NCBI GenBank assembly: GCA_024704765.1
Contig: JAKMXF010000297.1
Span: 124,001 to 188,000 of the forward strand
Direction: 5' to 3'
DNA: 64,000 nt
DNA from: Oopsacas minuta
Lineage: Eukaryota > Animalia > Porifera
Each line of letters opens with the position of its first letter. Positions within the stretch are counted from its first letter, which is position 1. Below the pieces are notes generated by a model. It was given only the letters and a program-made list of their open reading frames with translations. It was not told the origin of the DNA and did not search any database. The position numbers were made by a program, and so were the translations under genes. Positions 1-11,491 of the stretch are shown here, one piece after another.

Positions 1-2
1 GA

Positions 3-1355
3 CTTAAAGTTGTTTCCATGGAATGCTACGGTCCAATCAGCTCTATAGGCCTTTTCATTAAAGCAGGTCCTCGATTTGATGTGTTCTACCCTTCCGGAAC
101 TTCTCATCTTATCAGCAAACTGGCTTTCCTTAGCACAAATAAATACGAGAGTAGAGAGCGGATTTTAGAAGTGTTAGAGCCAACAGGAAGTGTAACTGAC
201 TGTCAGATGGGCAGGGAAGAGATGATATACAAATTGATGGGATATAGGGACCAGATAGAGATAATGGCAGAGGTTCTGTCAGAAGTTGTATTTCGTCCTC
301 GTATCACTCTTGAGGAGATAGAAAAAGCGCGGAACCTTGTTCTTAACGACTTAAAGACATTTAGTATGAATCCAGACATGGAGCCTCTCCTTACTGATTA
401 CACATATGCATCTGCTTACAGTTTGAATACAGTAGGGCTTCCATCAGTATGTCCTGAGGGAGGTGTCTCTCAGATCAGGAGAGAACATATCCTATGGTAT
501 CTCTCTGCACACTATCGTCCAAACAGGATTGTGCTAGCTGGATTGGGTATTTCACACAGTGCTTTGCTGGACATTGCAGGGAAGTACTTTGAACAGCCAG
601 AGGTCTCTTGGGGAGAAGCTAAAGATGAACCGGACGAATCTATAGCTCAATATACTGGGGGTGAAATTAGAATCGAGAGGAATTTACCTCCAGTAATCGG
701 TCCTAATCCCTTACCTAATCTAGCATACTTTACTATTACTTCAGAATGTGTTTCTTACGAACATCCGTTATTCTTTGCTTATGCTGTCCTCGATATAATG
801 ATGGGCGGAGGATCGTCCTTTTCCGCAGGAGGACCTGGTAAAGGAATGTACTCCCGTCTCTACGCTAACGTTATGAATTACTACACATTTGTATATTCTG
901 CTCAATCAATGCTTCATATTCATGGAGATACTGGTATATATTCTCTCTATGGATCTGTTCCACATGAGTTCTCAAACAAATTATGTCAAATATTGATTGA
1001 GGAAATGAAAAGGTTATCACAGCTCCCTGGTCACGAGGAGTTGAGTAGAGCCAAGAAAATGCTTCAATCAAATATGTTAATGAATCTAGAATCACATGTA
1101 ATTATGTTTGAAGATCTGGGAAGACAAATATTAGTTCACGATAGATATCACAACGCTAAGGAACTTTATGAACGACTAGAAAATGTTACTAGCCTGCAAA
1201 TAGTTGAAGCAGGGGAGAAGTTACTTGAAGGTAAGCTTAGCATGGTAGCTGTTGGTAAGCTTGATTTGATCCCAAGTCTGGAGGAGGTGGAACAAGTATT
1301 GCACAATTCTAAGAAGCGATTAGACAGTTCGAACAGATTCAAGATATTCTCATGA
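3..1355 (+). CDS. PMPCA: Mitochondrial processing peptidase alpha subunit (5'-partial; frame is open to the window edge)
   Basis: M16 family; glycine-rich loop GGGSSFSAGGPGKGMYSRLY diagnostic of MPP-alpha; inactive zinc motif HLISK; upstream in-frame LKVVS shows the ORF begins before the window. Confidence 0.93.
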   Translation, partial: LKVVSMECYGPISSIGLFIKAGPRFDVFYPSGTSHLISKLAFLSTNKYESRERILEVLEPTGSVTDCQMGREEMIYKLMGYRDQIEIMAEVLSEVVFRPRITLEEIEKARNLVLNDLKTFSMNPDMEPLLTDYTYASAYSLNTVGLPSVCPEGGVSQIRREHILWYLSAHYRPNRIVLAGLGISHSALLDIAGKYFEQPEVSWGEAKDEPDESIAQYTGGEIRIERNLPPVIGPNPLPNLAYFTITSECVSYEHPLFFAYAVLDIMMGGGSSFSAGGPGKGMYSRLYANVMNYYTFVYSAQSMLHIHGDTGIYSLYGSVPHEFSNKLCQILIEEMKRLSQLPGHEELSRAKKMLQSNMLMNLESHVIMFEDLGRQILVHDRYHNAKELYERLENVTSLQIVEAGEKLLEGKLSMVAVGKLDLIPSLEEVEQVLHNSKKRLDSSNRFKIFS

Positions 1356-2183
1356 TGAATATTGTATTTTAGGTTAAGTTTCGGTAAAGCAATTTATTTA
1401 ATTAAAATATATCAATTCGAATGAATAGTATTTGAGCTGAGACTTTTGGCTGCAGATTATCTCTTATGGACACAAGTATGTTTCCACAAACATCATTAAA
1501 TTATAGTATATACCTTAGGCTAGATGCAAATTAAGAATAACATTTAGTGATTTTCTGGTATCCTATTGTTTAGAATTGTTATTTCGCTGTTCAAAGAATT
1601 ACTGAATTTCAGAGGTATAGCCAATGTGATGTTGTGGTGCTGTAAGCCAGTAGCATTATCATGTTGTATTGCCACATCATTTTGTAAGCACGCAATAATT
1701 AGCATTAAAAACCGACACAAGCCACGGCATATTCAGGATAATTATCAATGATTACACCACCGTTAAGCTTGTTCATTAGGTGGTATCCATTCCTCGAATT
1801 CAATTTATGCCCCAAGTATGCTATAAAGTTATTTATAGTGCAGAGCCCACTGTAGTGACTCTCAAAAAGTATGTAAGTACCCCAGGACACCTGACAAGGT
1901 TTTCTTGCATTATCGATATTTAATTTAAGCATTTATCCTCTATTCAATCCGTATTTCTTCAAATCAGCTGGATTCTAGCAGTTTCTTGTTAATGAAATCG
2001 CTTATTCTTAAGATCTTGTCACACGGTTTATCCTTTATTCTGGCTAAACCCTTAATAATGCTATCAGAGGTTTCTGCTTCACTAATCAGTTAAATTGCCG
2101 TATGCATTCAATTCTTTCGACAATCATGCTGAATATAAAGAAGGATTTGCCATTAGTGATGCATTGCAACATATATTTCTACT

Positions 2184-3338
2184 ATGATCGGAATTCATAT
2201 ATTCATTTCTCTATTCATCCTCTTCATTGTTCGAGTGCTGGGCACTCCTGATGGTACGATTACTCTATTCAGGGGGAACGGGAAGCAGGACACAATCGAG
2301 GATGTGCAAAAACATCTCGTATCAATCTCCGCTAGATACAACTCTGATTCTGCGACTCTACAAGACTACATGGACGCTCAGTATTTCGGCCCTGTTAGTA
2401 TTGGTACACCCCCGCAATCGTTTAAAGTAGTGTTTGACACTGGTTCATCTAATTTGTGGATACCATCCAAACGAAAGTTTCTTTTTTGCATAGCTTGCAA
2501 ATTTCATTCTACATACGATTACAAAGAGTCATCTACCTATATATCTAATGGGACTTATATTTCCATTCATTACGGAACAGGCAAAGTTAGAGGAGTAGTT
2601 AGCTATGATAACGTGTCCATTGCTAGTTTGATGGTAAAGAAGCAAGGGTTTGGAGAAATGTATAAATTGTCGATAATCCCATTTGCATTATCAAAATTCG
2701 ATGGAATTCTTGGAATGGGATTCCCATCCATTTCTGTAAACGCATTACCACCCGTTTTCGTGAATATGGTTCATCAGAAAGTGATATCTCTTCCCGTATT
2801 TGCGTTTTGGCTTCGTCGCGGTTCAAACTCTAACTACGGTGGGGAGCTCCACCTGGGGGGAATTGACTCAAGCAGATTCTCAGGGGATATCGTGTATGCT
2901 AATATTACTAGTCAGACTTATTGGCAGTTTGATATGGATGCAGTTCAAGTGAATGGAGTGAGCATGGGGGTGTGCCAATCTGGTTGTCAGGCCATTGCAG
3001 ATACAGGAACATCTCTGTTAGTCGGTCCTACCAGTGAGATAAATTACCTTAACTCTAAGTTAGGAGCGAAGAAGAATCTCTTAGGGCAATACTACTTCCC
3101 CTGTAGTTCTGTATCAAGCCTACCAAGTGTATCTTTTGTAATTTCTGGCACAAAACTAACACTCACACCTGAAAATTACATCATGAAAATGAAAGGGATT
3201 TGTCTAAGTGGATTCTACGGACTAGAACTGCTTCGTCCTCTCTGGATACTTGGCGATATTTTTCTAACGAAGTATTATTCTATTTTCGACATGAGTTCTT
3301 CTCCTCCACGGATTGGCTTCGCAGTCAGCGCCGATTAA
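2184..3338 (+). CDS. Cathepsin D-like lysosomal aspartic protease
   Basis: Signal peptide; QYFGPVSIGTPPQSFKVVFDTGSSNLW and IADTGTSLL catalytic Asp motifs; FDGILGMGF; WILGDIF. Confidence 0.92.
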   Translation: MIGIHIFISLFILFIVRVLGTPDGTITLFRGNGKQDTIEDVQKHLVSISARYNSDSATLQDYMDAQYFGPVSIGTPPQSFKVVFDTGSSNLWIPSKRKFLFCIACKFHSTYDYKESSTYISNGTYISIHYGTGKVRGVVSYDNVSIASLMVKKQGFGEMYKLSIIPFALSKFDGILGMGFPSISVNALPPVFVNMVHQKVISLPVFAFWLRRGSNSNYGGELHLGGIDSSRFSGDIVYANITSQTYWQFDMDAVQVNGVSMGVCQSGCQAIADTGTSLLVGPTSEINYLNSKLGAKKNLLGQYYFPCSSVSSLPSVSFVISGTKLTLTPENYIMKMKGICLSGFYGLELLRPLWILGDIFLTKYYSIFDMSSSPPRIGFAVSAD

Positions 3339-4976
3339 CTCACCATATGATGAATCAATCAGAGTTCCCTATTTCTACGTTTTACTTATCCATCTGTTTT
3401 GATACACAATTGATTCTGCATAGTATTTGTTATATTAGTACAACAGCAGGAGTAAGCATCACACTCGCTCTCACTTACTAAACTTCCCTCAAAAGTTAAC
3501 TTGTTTGGTTAAAATACACTAGTTCATTTTGTAAGGTATCGTATAATGTATTGTTGTTGATTCTTTTCTGTTCCTGTCAGTTGTTGTTGAAGAATTTATA
3601 TATAGTGTAGAATCTGTTGTTACAGGCCCAGTTATATTTAATCCATAGGTGTAACACGTGAGCCTAGATCTGTTAATAGGTACAATTTATGCTTAATAGT
3701 TATGTGCTAGATTTGTCCTAATTTCCAAAGATATAAGACAATTTGTGTATTTTGGCAGGCAAAACCTCCCCCACTTATAGAGGCTCTACTGTATTGAGAA
3801 ACGCATGCTATAACTACCGTTCACGAAATCATTAGTATCTTGGAGAGATGGCTATACACATAGTCATCTTTATATCCCTTCAATAGAATAAGAACTATTG
3901 AGAATTCGAGTGTAAACCCTCTTAATTATATTAATAGAAAAGCTGCTACCCTAAAAAATTGTCTTACCTAGTTTAGATCATACGATGTAGGTTAACTTTC
4001 TAGTAGAAACATAATTAGGAACCGAAAATCGACTCGTTTATACGTTTATATTCATTCCTGGTAAATTAGCTCGGTGCCGACTCAACATGCATCCACTACT
4101 ACAACCTTTGGACTCATTGTACAAAAGTTCATTAATTTCTCGCGTTTTTAACATTTATTAGAAATGCTTTTCTAATAATTTATGAATTATAAAATGCTTA
4201 GGTTAGATATTACCAGTTTAGCCCTGAGCAAACAGATCCTGAATGCTTTAATGCATAACCCATATTTTTCAAAATGCTATATAATCTTTATACAATTTGT
4301 AACAATTATTACCTCTACCCACGATAATATTAACTGATATCCTGTTCACTCAGTCTGTAAACTTTGCCTACTAAACGAATTTTTCGTTGAGTGTATGGAA
4401 TTTAATTAGCCTGTAATGGATTTGTATTGCTACTCTATTGGTCAATACATTCTATTAAATATTTATACACTGATTTATCATATGATTAATAGTATTTTCA
4501 CATATTTTGGTTGAACATTTCTAAAATATCTTAAAGATTAGCTTCCACTTGTTAAATAGGGGCAAACAGAGACGTAGAATTCGATTTTGACATTCTTAAA
4601 TGTCTAACAAGCTTAGTAAAAATTCAATTTTATCTTTCTTTGATAAAAATGGATATTTAGTAGAATAGTATAGTTTCAATAATCCTCTAAAATTAATTTG
4701 GTAAAATTTAAGTCGGCACAGACATTGATTTGAGATTTTTATCTTTAAAATTTGCATTTATATTTACCTTTGTACTTACTCTTCAGTTAATATATTCTTG
4801 TACATTTATATTCGTGTACTACAAACATCTGCAATATATTATGGGAGAAATTATTATTTATTGCATATATACATTTCGCATGTAATAATTTATACAAATT
4901 TACACCTTTGATCAATTGTGCTTAATTATTCAATATTTAATTGAAAATATTTGAAATATATTATAGGCAAAATAGA

Positions 4977-6023
4977 ATGTGGAACTGGATAGTTGGAAAT
5001 GTAAATACTTTAACTGAAACTGTACATAATCAAATTTCAACTTCTGAGGAAAATATTGATCCCGAAGCTCAATCTTTTCCGAGTAAGGTATCTTCTCTAG
5101 TTAAAGACGACTTGACCCCAGAGGCAACACAAGATGTGAGTAATATACAGAGTGATTCTAGCGAGCATGAGTTGGATTCTACAGAGCCAATTACCAAGCA
5201 GAAACCTTTAGATCCTGAAAAATCTCCTAAAGTGGATAAAAAAGATTCCAGTATTTTAATGCCGAATCTTAAGGAAGCGACTAATTCTGGATTGAATGCA
5301 TTTACCAGCGGAATTTCTAACATATTCAATGACGTCACTGATGTAGTCAAATCATCGAAACTTGTATCCGAGTTTCTCAGTGCTGAAGAGCAGTTCCAAA
5401 AGAAGAATGAACAAACTAACTCAGTACAAACAAATGCGACAGCTCCTTGGTACGGATACAACGAGGCTGAAGAAATGAAAACTCAAATTCTTGAGATCTC
5501 CTCCAGTCATAGAAACCTTCTCAGAGAGCCGCCTCCAGGCTCTACCCTGAACTATTCACTAGATAGTTGCTTTGGTCAGGCAATGTTGATGTTGTCAGAA
5601 GATCAACGGCTTGAGCAGGCTAGATTTAGTCTAGTCCCACAGAAAATATCAGAAGAGAACTTCTGGAGAAACTATTTTTACCGCGTGCACTTGGTGAAAC
5701 AGTCAATACAGCTTGGAACTCTGAAACGTGAAGAGAAGGACTCTGATACAGAGGGTCGTTCTAACACTACCTCATCTGTAGCAACAGATGAAATAGAGCC
5801 AGATGAGTTTGTTTCTGATGCACTAGATATTCAGAGCAGCTGTGAACACCAGCTAACTCAGGAGGAGCTAAATCAATTGAAATTGACTACCAGTCCTAAA
5901 CCAAATGAAGAATCTAATGTGGATGATGCACTTGCTCAAGAACTCAAAGATTTCAACCCGGATGAAGTCAAAGATGAAGATTTTGACTATGCCGATTTTG
6001 AGAATTTATTGAAAGATAACTAA
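4977..6023 (+). CDS. SYAP1: Synapse-associated protein 1-like BSD domain protein
   Basis: BSD core RFSLVPQKISEENFWRNYFYRVHL, APWYGY motif, acidic C-tail; first ATG at 4977 (track start is TTG). Confidence 0.85.
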   Translation: MWNWIVGNVNTLTETVHNQISTSEENIDPEAQSFPSKVSSLVKDDLTPEATQDVSNIQSDSSEHELDSTEPITKQKPLDPEKSPKVDKKDSSILMPNLKEATNSGLNAFTSGISNIFNDVTDVVKSSKLVSEFLSAEEQFQKKNEQTNSVQTNATAPWYGYNEAEEMKTQILEISSSHRNLLREPPPGSTLNYSLDSCFGQAMLMLSEDQRLEQARFSLVPQKISEENFWRNYFYRVHLVKQSIQLGTLKREEKDSDTEGRSNTTSSVATDEIEPDEFVSDALDIQSSCEHQLTQEELNQLKLTTSPKPNEESNVDDALAQELKDFNPDEVKDEDFDYADFENLLKDN

Positions 6024-6983
6024 TGATACATAAAACAAATTCTTTATTCTGTTTAACATTCATGATTCAGAACCTGTATTTAGCAGTATTTACCTAAATA
6101 AAAGTGGTATGTAAACTGTGTTGGTTTTTGTGTGAGTTTTGCTTGTTGTACCATTTTCCTAGGAATGGATTCATAAGTTTGACAATTTTTTGTTATAGCA
6201 AACATTTCTGTCTGCATCATTTTCTGCTAAGTCATAGATAATAATTACTTGCCCAATCGTCTCCTACACATTCCTAATCTTTCAACAAGGTTAAATTACA
6301 GGAGATGAGTCTAGCCAAAGCAGGTATACGCGTGCTTATCAAATCCAATTTATGTGCAAGTTACAATAATGTTTTCACGAATTATAAGTGTACTTTATTA
6401 ACCAAATTATTTTGCTTCCAGGTACTTTTCATAACCGCATAACTCTCACAGTTATCAGAGAGTATTGTTTCGTAAAATTGGAGATTTTATTTCGTTGTGT
6501 CTCACGTAATAATATACCAACCACTGGATAGTTTTTTGTTGCAGCCAAATTTGTGTATGGATGTTAAGTACTGGTAACATGTTAACATCTACCGCGCTAG
6601 ATGTTAATACAATTGATAGCCGCTGTCTTGAACGAATTTCTTCCCCCCTCTAGTTGCACCTGCTTCCTCGAACAGATAGAGAATTCTGATGGTTTATTTC
6701 AACTAAATATATCCACGGAGAGATATGTGAAGCGAGTATTTGATATTTTATTAAAGCTATTTAGTAGTCTGATAGCCGTCACAATTCCAAATAAATTATT
6801 TGAACACAATAAATATGATTTATATTTAATTATTTTTACCCAACTACACAGTTCATGAACTGACCTGACCTGTCCTGTCCTGACAATAAGTGACCATGTA
6901 AATATCCTACCATATTTTGTCTCTTTAATTATTCTCATTAGATATATGTAAGTTAGTCTAGGGAGATCATACACAACACCTGT

Positions 6984-8432
6984 ATGCCGAGCGATATTAA
7001 AGCCCATAGAGGCTTAGGTAGTACTGATGGGCCCTCTATCTCAGCTGATGCTAAAATACCATCTGTATCGTTCCTTGGAGAAATAAATATAGAAAAAATG
7101 AAAAGTGAATTACACATTGAGAATAATTTAATTAGTGTATCAGAGTTAGTGGGTATCCTTGAGGAGAGATACAATTATGCAATTGCAAAGGAAATCAAAC
7201 TATCAGCACTATCATTATTTAACTCTGACAAACTGACCATGGAACAGGTTCAGACACTCCTTGCTCCTCAGAAAAATCAACTATGGGTTAAATTCTGCCG
7301 CCTTAACAATCATGTTCCTAAATCTGAGGAAGATATCTTGCTTGCGTTTAAACATTTTGGTTTGAACTTTTCACTTGATGAAGCTCGTTATTTCAGAAAT
7401 AAAATGAATTCTCAAGGAGAGTTTGTAATTGGTATGAATGATTGGAGACAGTTTTTGCTACTTCATCCTTACTCGATTGATAAATCAAAGATGAACATTT
7501 GGAGAGAACATGCATCATTCCTTGATATCGGAGAGGATTTTCTAATACCAGATGATTTCTCAGAACATGAAAAAATTTCTGGATTCTGGTGGCGTCAGCT
7601 TGCTTCTGGAGCTGGTGCTGGTATTGTGTCTCGTACCTGTACTGCTCCTCTAGACAGACTTAAAGTTCTGATGCAAACTCAATCACTTATGGAGCGAAAA
7701 CTTAGACTACTGGAGGGGTTCAAGGGAATGTTAGCTGAAGGTGGAGTGCTCTCCTTGTGGAGAGGGAACGGAGTTAATGTACTCAAGATTGCACCTGAAA
7801 CATCTATCAAATTCTACGCATATGAGACTGTAAAGTCCCTCATTAACGAGAACACATCAGAGCTGACCGTAGGACAAAGATTCCTCGCAGGTTCTTTAGC
7901 GGGCTCTTTTGCACAAACAGCAATATACCCATTAGAAGTAGTTAAAACAAGACTTGCTATCGCACACAATAACCAGTACGCAGGCCTGTGGGACTGCGTT
8001 GGTAGAATTCTGTCTGGAGAAGGCGTCCGTGGTTTCTTCAAGGGGTGGGTCCCCAATATGCTTGGAATACTCCCTTATGCTGGTATAGATCTGACGATAT
8101 ATGAAACTAGTAAGAACGAATATCTCAAACGCTATCATCCAAACAGTCATGGAGATCCTGGAGTATTTCTTCCGGTCGCATGTGGAACTTTTTCATGTAC
8201 ATGTGGACAATTGTGTTGCTACCCTCTATCGCTAGTTCGTACTCGTTTGCAAGCTCGAGTTGTTAACAAAGTTTCTATGGTGCAAATATTCAAAGAGATT
8301 ATCAATACTGATGGTATACTTGGGCTCTATCGCGGCCTTTACCCGAACTGTCTCAAGGTTGTGCCAGCAGTCAGTATCAGCTACCTTGTGTATGAGAGAC
8401 TTAGAACTGGACTAGGCGTTTACCGAGGATAA
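6984..8432 (+). CDS. Calcium-binding mitochondrial carrier (SCaMC, SLC25A23/24/25 family; ATP-Mg/Pi carrier) with degenerate EF-hand region
   Basis: IGEDFLIPDDFSEHEKISGFWWRQL, SRTCTAPLDRLKV, LWRGNGVNVLKIAPE, three PxE/DxxKxR carrier repeats, CLKVVPAVSISYLVYE. Confidence 0.9.
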   Translation: MPSDIKAHRGLGSTDGPSISADAKIPSVSFLGEINIEKMKSELHIENNLISVSELVGILEERYNYAIAKEIKLSALSLFNSDKLTMEQVQTLLAPQKNQLWVKFCRLNNHVPKSEEDILLAFKHFGLNFSLDEARYFRNKMNSQGEFVIGMNDWRQFLLLHPYSIDKSKMNIWREHASFLDIGEDFLIPDDFSEHEKISGFWWRQLASGAGAGIVSRTCTAPLDRLKVLMQTQSLMERKLRLLEGFKGMLAEGGVLSLWRGNGVNVLKIAPETSIKFYAYETVKSLINENTSELTVGQRFLAGSLAGSFAQTAIYPLEVVKTRLAIAHNNQYAGLWDCVGRILSGEGVRGFFKGWVPNMLGILPYAGIDLTIYETSKNEYLKRYHPNSHGDPGVFLPVACGTFSCTCGQLCCYPLSLVRTRLQARVVNKVSMVQIFKEIINTDGILGLYRGLYPNCLKVVPAVSISYLVYERLRTGLGVYRG

Positions 8433-9257
8433 ACTTGTCAAAAGTTAGTTCAGATAATAATAATAATAATAATATCCTCAAACACATAAGTCAGATAGCA
8501 CAGAACTGTTTAACGATTAGTAGTGATAATGTATTTATATGTAATCCAAATCTCTTCTAGTACAATTTCAATTCAACTGCACAGTTTTAATGCTATAATT
8601 CTTATATGGAGCTCAGCGTTTTGTAACTAAACTTCTGTATAAGAATTGGTCAAATTTTATTGAACTATCTAATTTGAGAAAAACTTATCCTCATCCTACA
8701 ATATTTTCTGTTGCCAGAGCTGATCTCCATATCTGTATTCTGTATTGCATTAGTTATACTTTATAGGAATTTTAGGTTTTCTATACATGGTAGTTCATGA
8801 CACAGTCCGTACTGGACAGGTTACAACAAGCCTCGGGCAATAAAATGACTAATTAAATTGGTAAGCATTACACAACGAATCTGTTCTTTTACATATTCAG
8901 TGACTTTATAATTCATAAGTAAATGTGGGAGAATAACCACACACTATTGCCTTTATTAACTCTGTTATTTTCCAAAATTAATTTTCCTCACCGAACACAA
9001 CATAATAATATATAATTACTTAGCAGTTATATCGTCTCCTTTTTGATGATTTTTAAGGAATTGTTTGGTCAAATTAGCCATGCACACACACTCTATGCCC
9101 AAAAGTAATTATTGATTTCATGAACATGTTACAATATAATGTACGACTACTCCGTAATCCTCCTAACGTTTGATTTTTATTGAAGTCCTATAGTTATGCT
9201 CCTTGTGATATTAATTACTTGCAATTAATTATGTTGTCAGTGTATATACATGTATTA

Positions 9258-9435
9258 GTAGCAATCTTTAGGAATCATGACTTAGATTATTATCCGTGTT
9301 TAATTATCATGATAGGGAGTAATAAAAAGATAATGTCTTATTATTAGAGTTTATGACCTACATTATCTTTTTATTACTCTCTATCATGATAATTAAACAC
9401 GGATAATCTAAGTCATGATTCCTAAAGATTGCTAC
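9258..9435. mobile_element. Hairpin MITE with about 78-bp inverted arms and TA target duplication
   Basis: gtagcaatctttaggaatcatgacttagatt... mirrored by ...aatctaagtcatgattcctaaagattgctac; TA at 9256-9257 and 9436-9437; short central loop. Confidence 0.8.
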
Positions 9436-10803
9436 TACCAGCACGTAAATATAGTTTTAAAGTATATGGAATAAGTACAGTCAACTCTCCTTATATCGTA
9501 GTAATTATCGCGGTACCTTGTGCTTGGATATATCGGGGATTTACTGTAAGTGTTCATGAGGGTACGTCATATGGCCCTCCATGTGACGTCATCTGTAGTT
9601 CTGTACACACGACCACTATTTGCCAATTGCTAATCACTTGGGTAACCGTTATTAACAATGAACACTTTTTAATTCAGATGTATTTGATAATTGGAGAAAT
9701 CATGAATACATTTGCATAGAAACTTTGCTCAATAATTTCACTAATTCCGATAATATTCTTTGAATATTATGGGCGATCTATATGGCGCAACTTTTATATT
9801 ATGAATAATTTCACGTTTATTAGAAAGAGATTACAACATTGATAGTTTAGACTAATACTCTTATCTCCACATATATGTATCATGATAATTATCCTTCAAC
9901 AACAGAGGCGATATATAAGCCAACCGATTGGTCATCATAAAAGCTATTATCTCTCAATATGTAATTTCAATTGGAATTAGGAAATATGCAAAGTAACAAA
10001 AGATATCTAATTAGTGAGCTAAGCTTAAAGTAAGATACCAATTAATCTGCTTAAAAATGCAACTAGTCCACAATGATTCTAAGCAGGATTCTTCATTAGA
10101 TCAATCATTGACCCTCCTCTTTTTATTGCTCCGATCAATATTCCTACTAGTATAGGTGACAATTGTGTAGGAAACGAAACTTACTGAAGTCATAATTATA
10201 ATTCCTTATACAGTACGTGTATATATAATCTATTAGAAAACTGTCCATTAATTAATTTTCCTACTCAGGAGTACAGAACTGTAGTTTCAGACCAAACTTA
10301 ATGTCATAAAGCTGTACTAGAAGCAATGTCTCTAATTGTTGTAGATAATTAGAGACAAAGATATTGTAAAATATTGTTAACACCTACACATAGATAATAA
10401 TAATATTATTAATAATCTACCTGGAATGCTTAAAACATAACACCGGAATTTACAAATTATACCAAACAATATGCCAAATAGTTCTAATGAATTAAATAAG
10501 TGTTATACATCACATATGTATGTAGTTTGTACATGTTGCTCAATTTTGGAAAAATATTATTTGCTAGGGTCGCTTGGATTATTTCTTACTAATAATATTA
10601 TTATGTGTTAAATTAGTAAGGCTAGTATACTTAATGTCACAATATTGCCAGATGGGCTATTGTGTACATGAGTATTGTCAAATATGCTAGATTATGCCTG
10701 ATAGACAATTGTGAGAAGCATTCTATAAAATTGATGGGCTGTAGTCTGTGTGATACCAGTTTGCTATCACAATTCTTACCATTTTCATATTATTGACAAT
10801 TAC

Positions 10804-10854
10804 AAAATTTTAAATACATTAAAATTTTAAATACATTAAAATTTTAAATATATT
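10804..10854. repeat. 17-bp tandem repeat x3 (aaaattttaaatacatt) just 3' of the Maf-like gene
   Basis: Three direct copies, the last with one mismatch. Confidence 0.9.
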
Positions 10855-11204
10855 TACTCATAATAATAATTCCAGCGACATTCCATCTCTATTAACATGT
10901 TGTAGCATTCTAATTTTGCTTTTGTTTCTTCTAATTCTTCTACTTCTCTTCTCAATGAATCATATTCAGTTCTTAACCGATTTTTCTGGTCAACTAATCC
11001 ATGCATCGATTCTTTCACCTTTCTTCTACTGTCTTTGCCGTATTGTTGCCGCTTCATTTTCCGCCTCATTGATTTTAATTCTTTTACGTAACCAGAAGAC
11101 ACATTTGAGATTTCAATTCGTTTGTTCAACTCTTTAATATCCATATTTTTAATTTCTTCATCTGTGAACATATCATCATATTCGTCATAATATCTGCTTG
11201 CCAT
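10854..11204 (-). CDS. Small Maf-like bZIP protein with non-canonical basic region
   Basis: Extended homology region FTDEEIKNMDIKELNKRI (cf. Maf FSDEQLVSMSVRELNR), basic region RRKMKRQQYGKDSR with the Maf-specific Tyr, followed by a heptad zipper. Confidence 0.7.
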   Translation of the reverse strand: MASRYYDEYDDMFTDEEIKNMDIKELNKRIEISNVSSGYVKELKSMRRKMKRQQYGKDSRRKVKESMHGLVDQKNRLRTEYDSLRREVEELEETKAKLECYNMLIEMECRWNYYYE

Positions 11205-11439
11205 TGTATATTAAATGCAAATCTATGTGTTGTTTTTTGTTTTATAGAATTTACCTTGCATTTTCTTTTTATACTTACTGTGAAAGCTCTCTTCAGCAAA
11301 TTAATATATGACTTAGTTTGCATTTTCACTATTAGTCTCTGTATTTTATATACGTATAATACCAAACAAAATTAATGTGTAAGACAGTAATAATTTATAA
11401 TTATCTCACCTCCCCTGTTACCACCACCCTAGTTATGAG

Positions 11440-11491
11440 TTTTGCTTTATTGTTTTGCTTTATTGTTTTGCTTTGTTGTTTTGCTTTGTTG
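11440..11491. repeat. 13-bp tandem repeat x4 (ttttgcttt[a/g]ttg)
   Basis: Four direct copies upstream of the Maf-like gene. Confidence 0.9.

Noticed and set aside
1566-1932. Short ORFs 1566-1751 (+) and 1705-1932 (-) between PMPCA and the cathepsin
   Set aside because: TTG/AT-rich starts, no recognisable motifs, lengths expected by chance
2440-3270. Altered first disulfide loop and shortened polyproline loop in the cathepsin D-like protease
   Set aside because: These loops vary widely among invertebrate pepsin-family enzymes; both catalytic motifs are intact
5069-5461. 130-aa antisense ORF inside SYAP1
   Set aside because: Shadow of the sense-strand codon pattern; Ser/Leu-rich with no domain
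9429-9719. 96-aa ORF adjacent to the hairpin MITE
   Set aside because: TTG start inside the MITE arm, no homology signal
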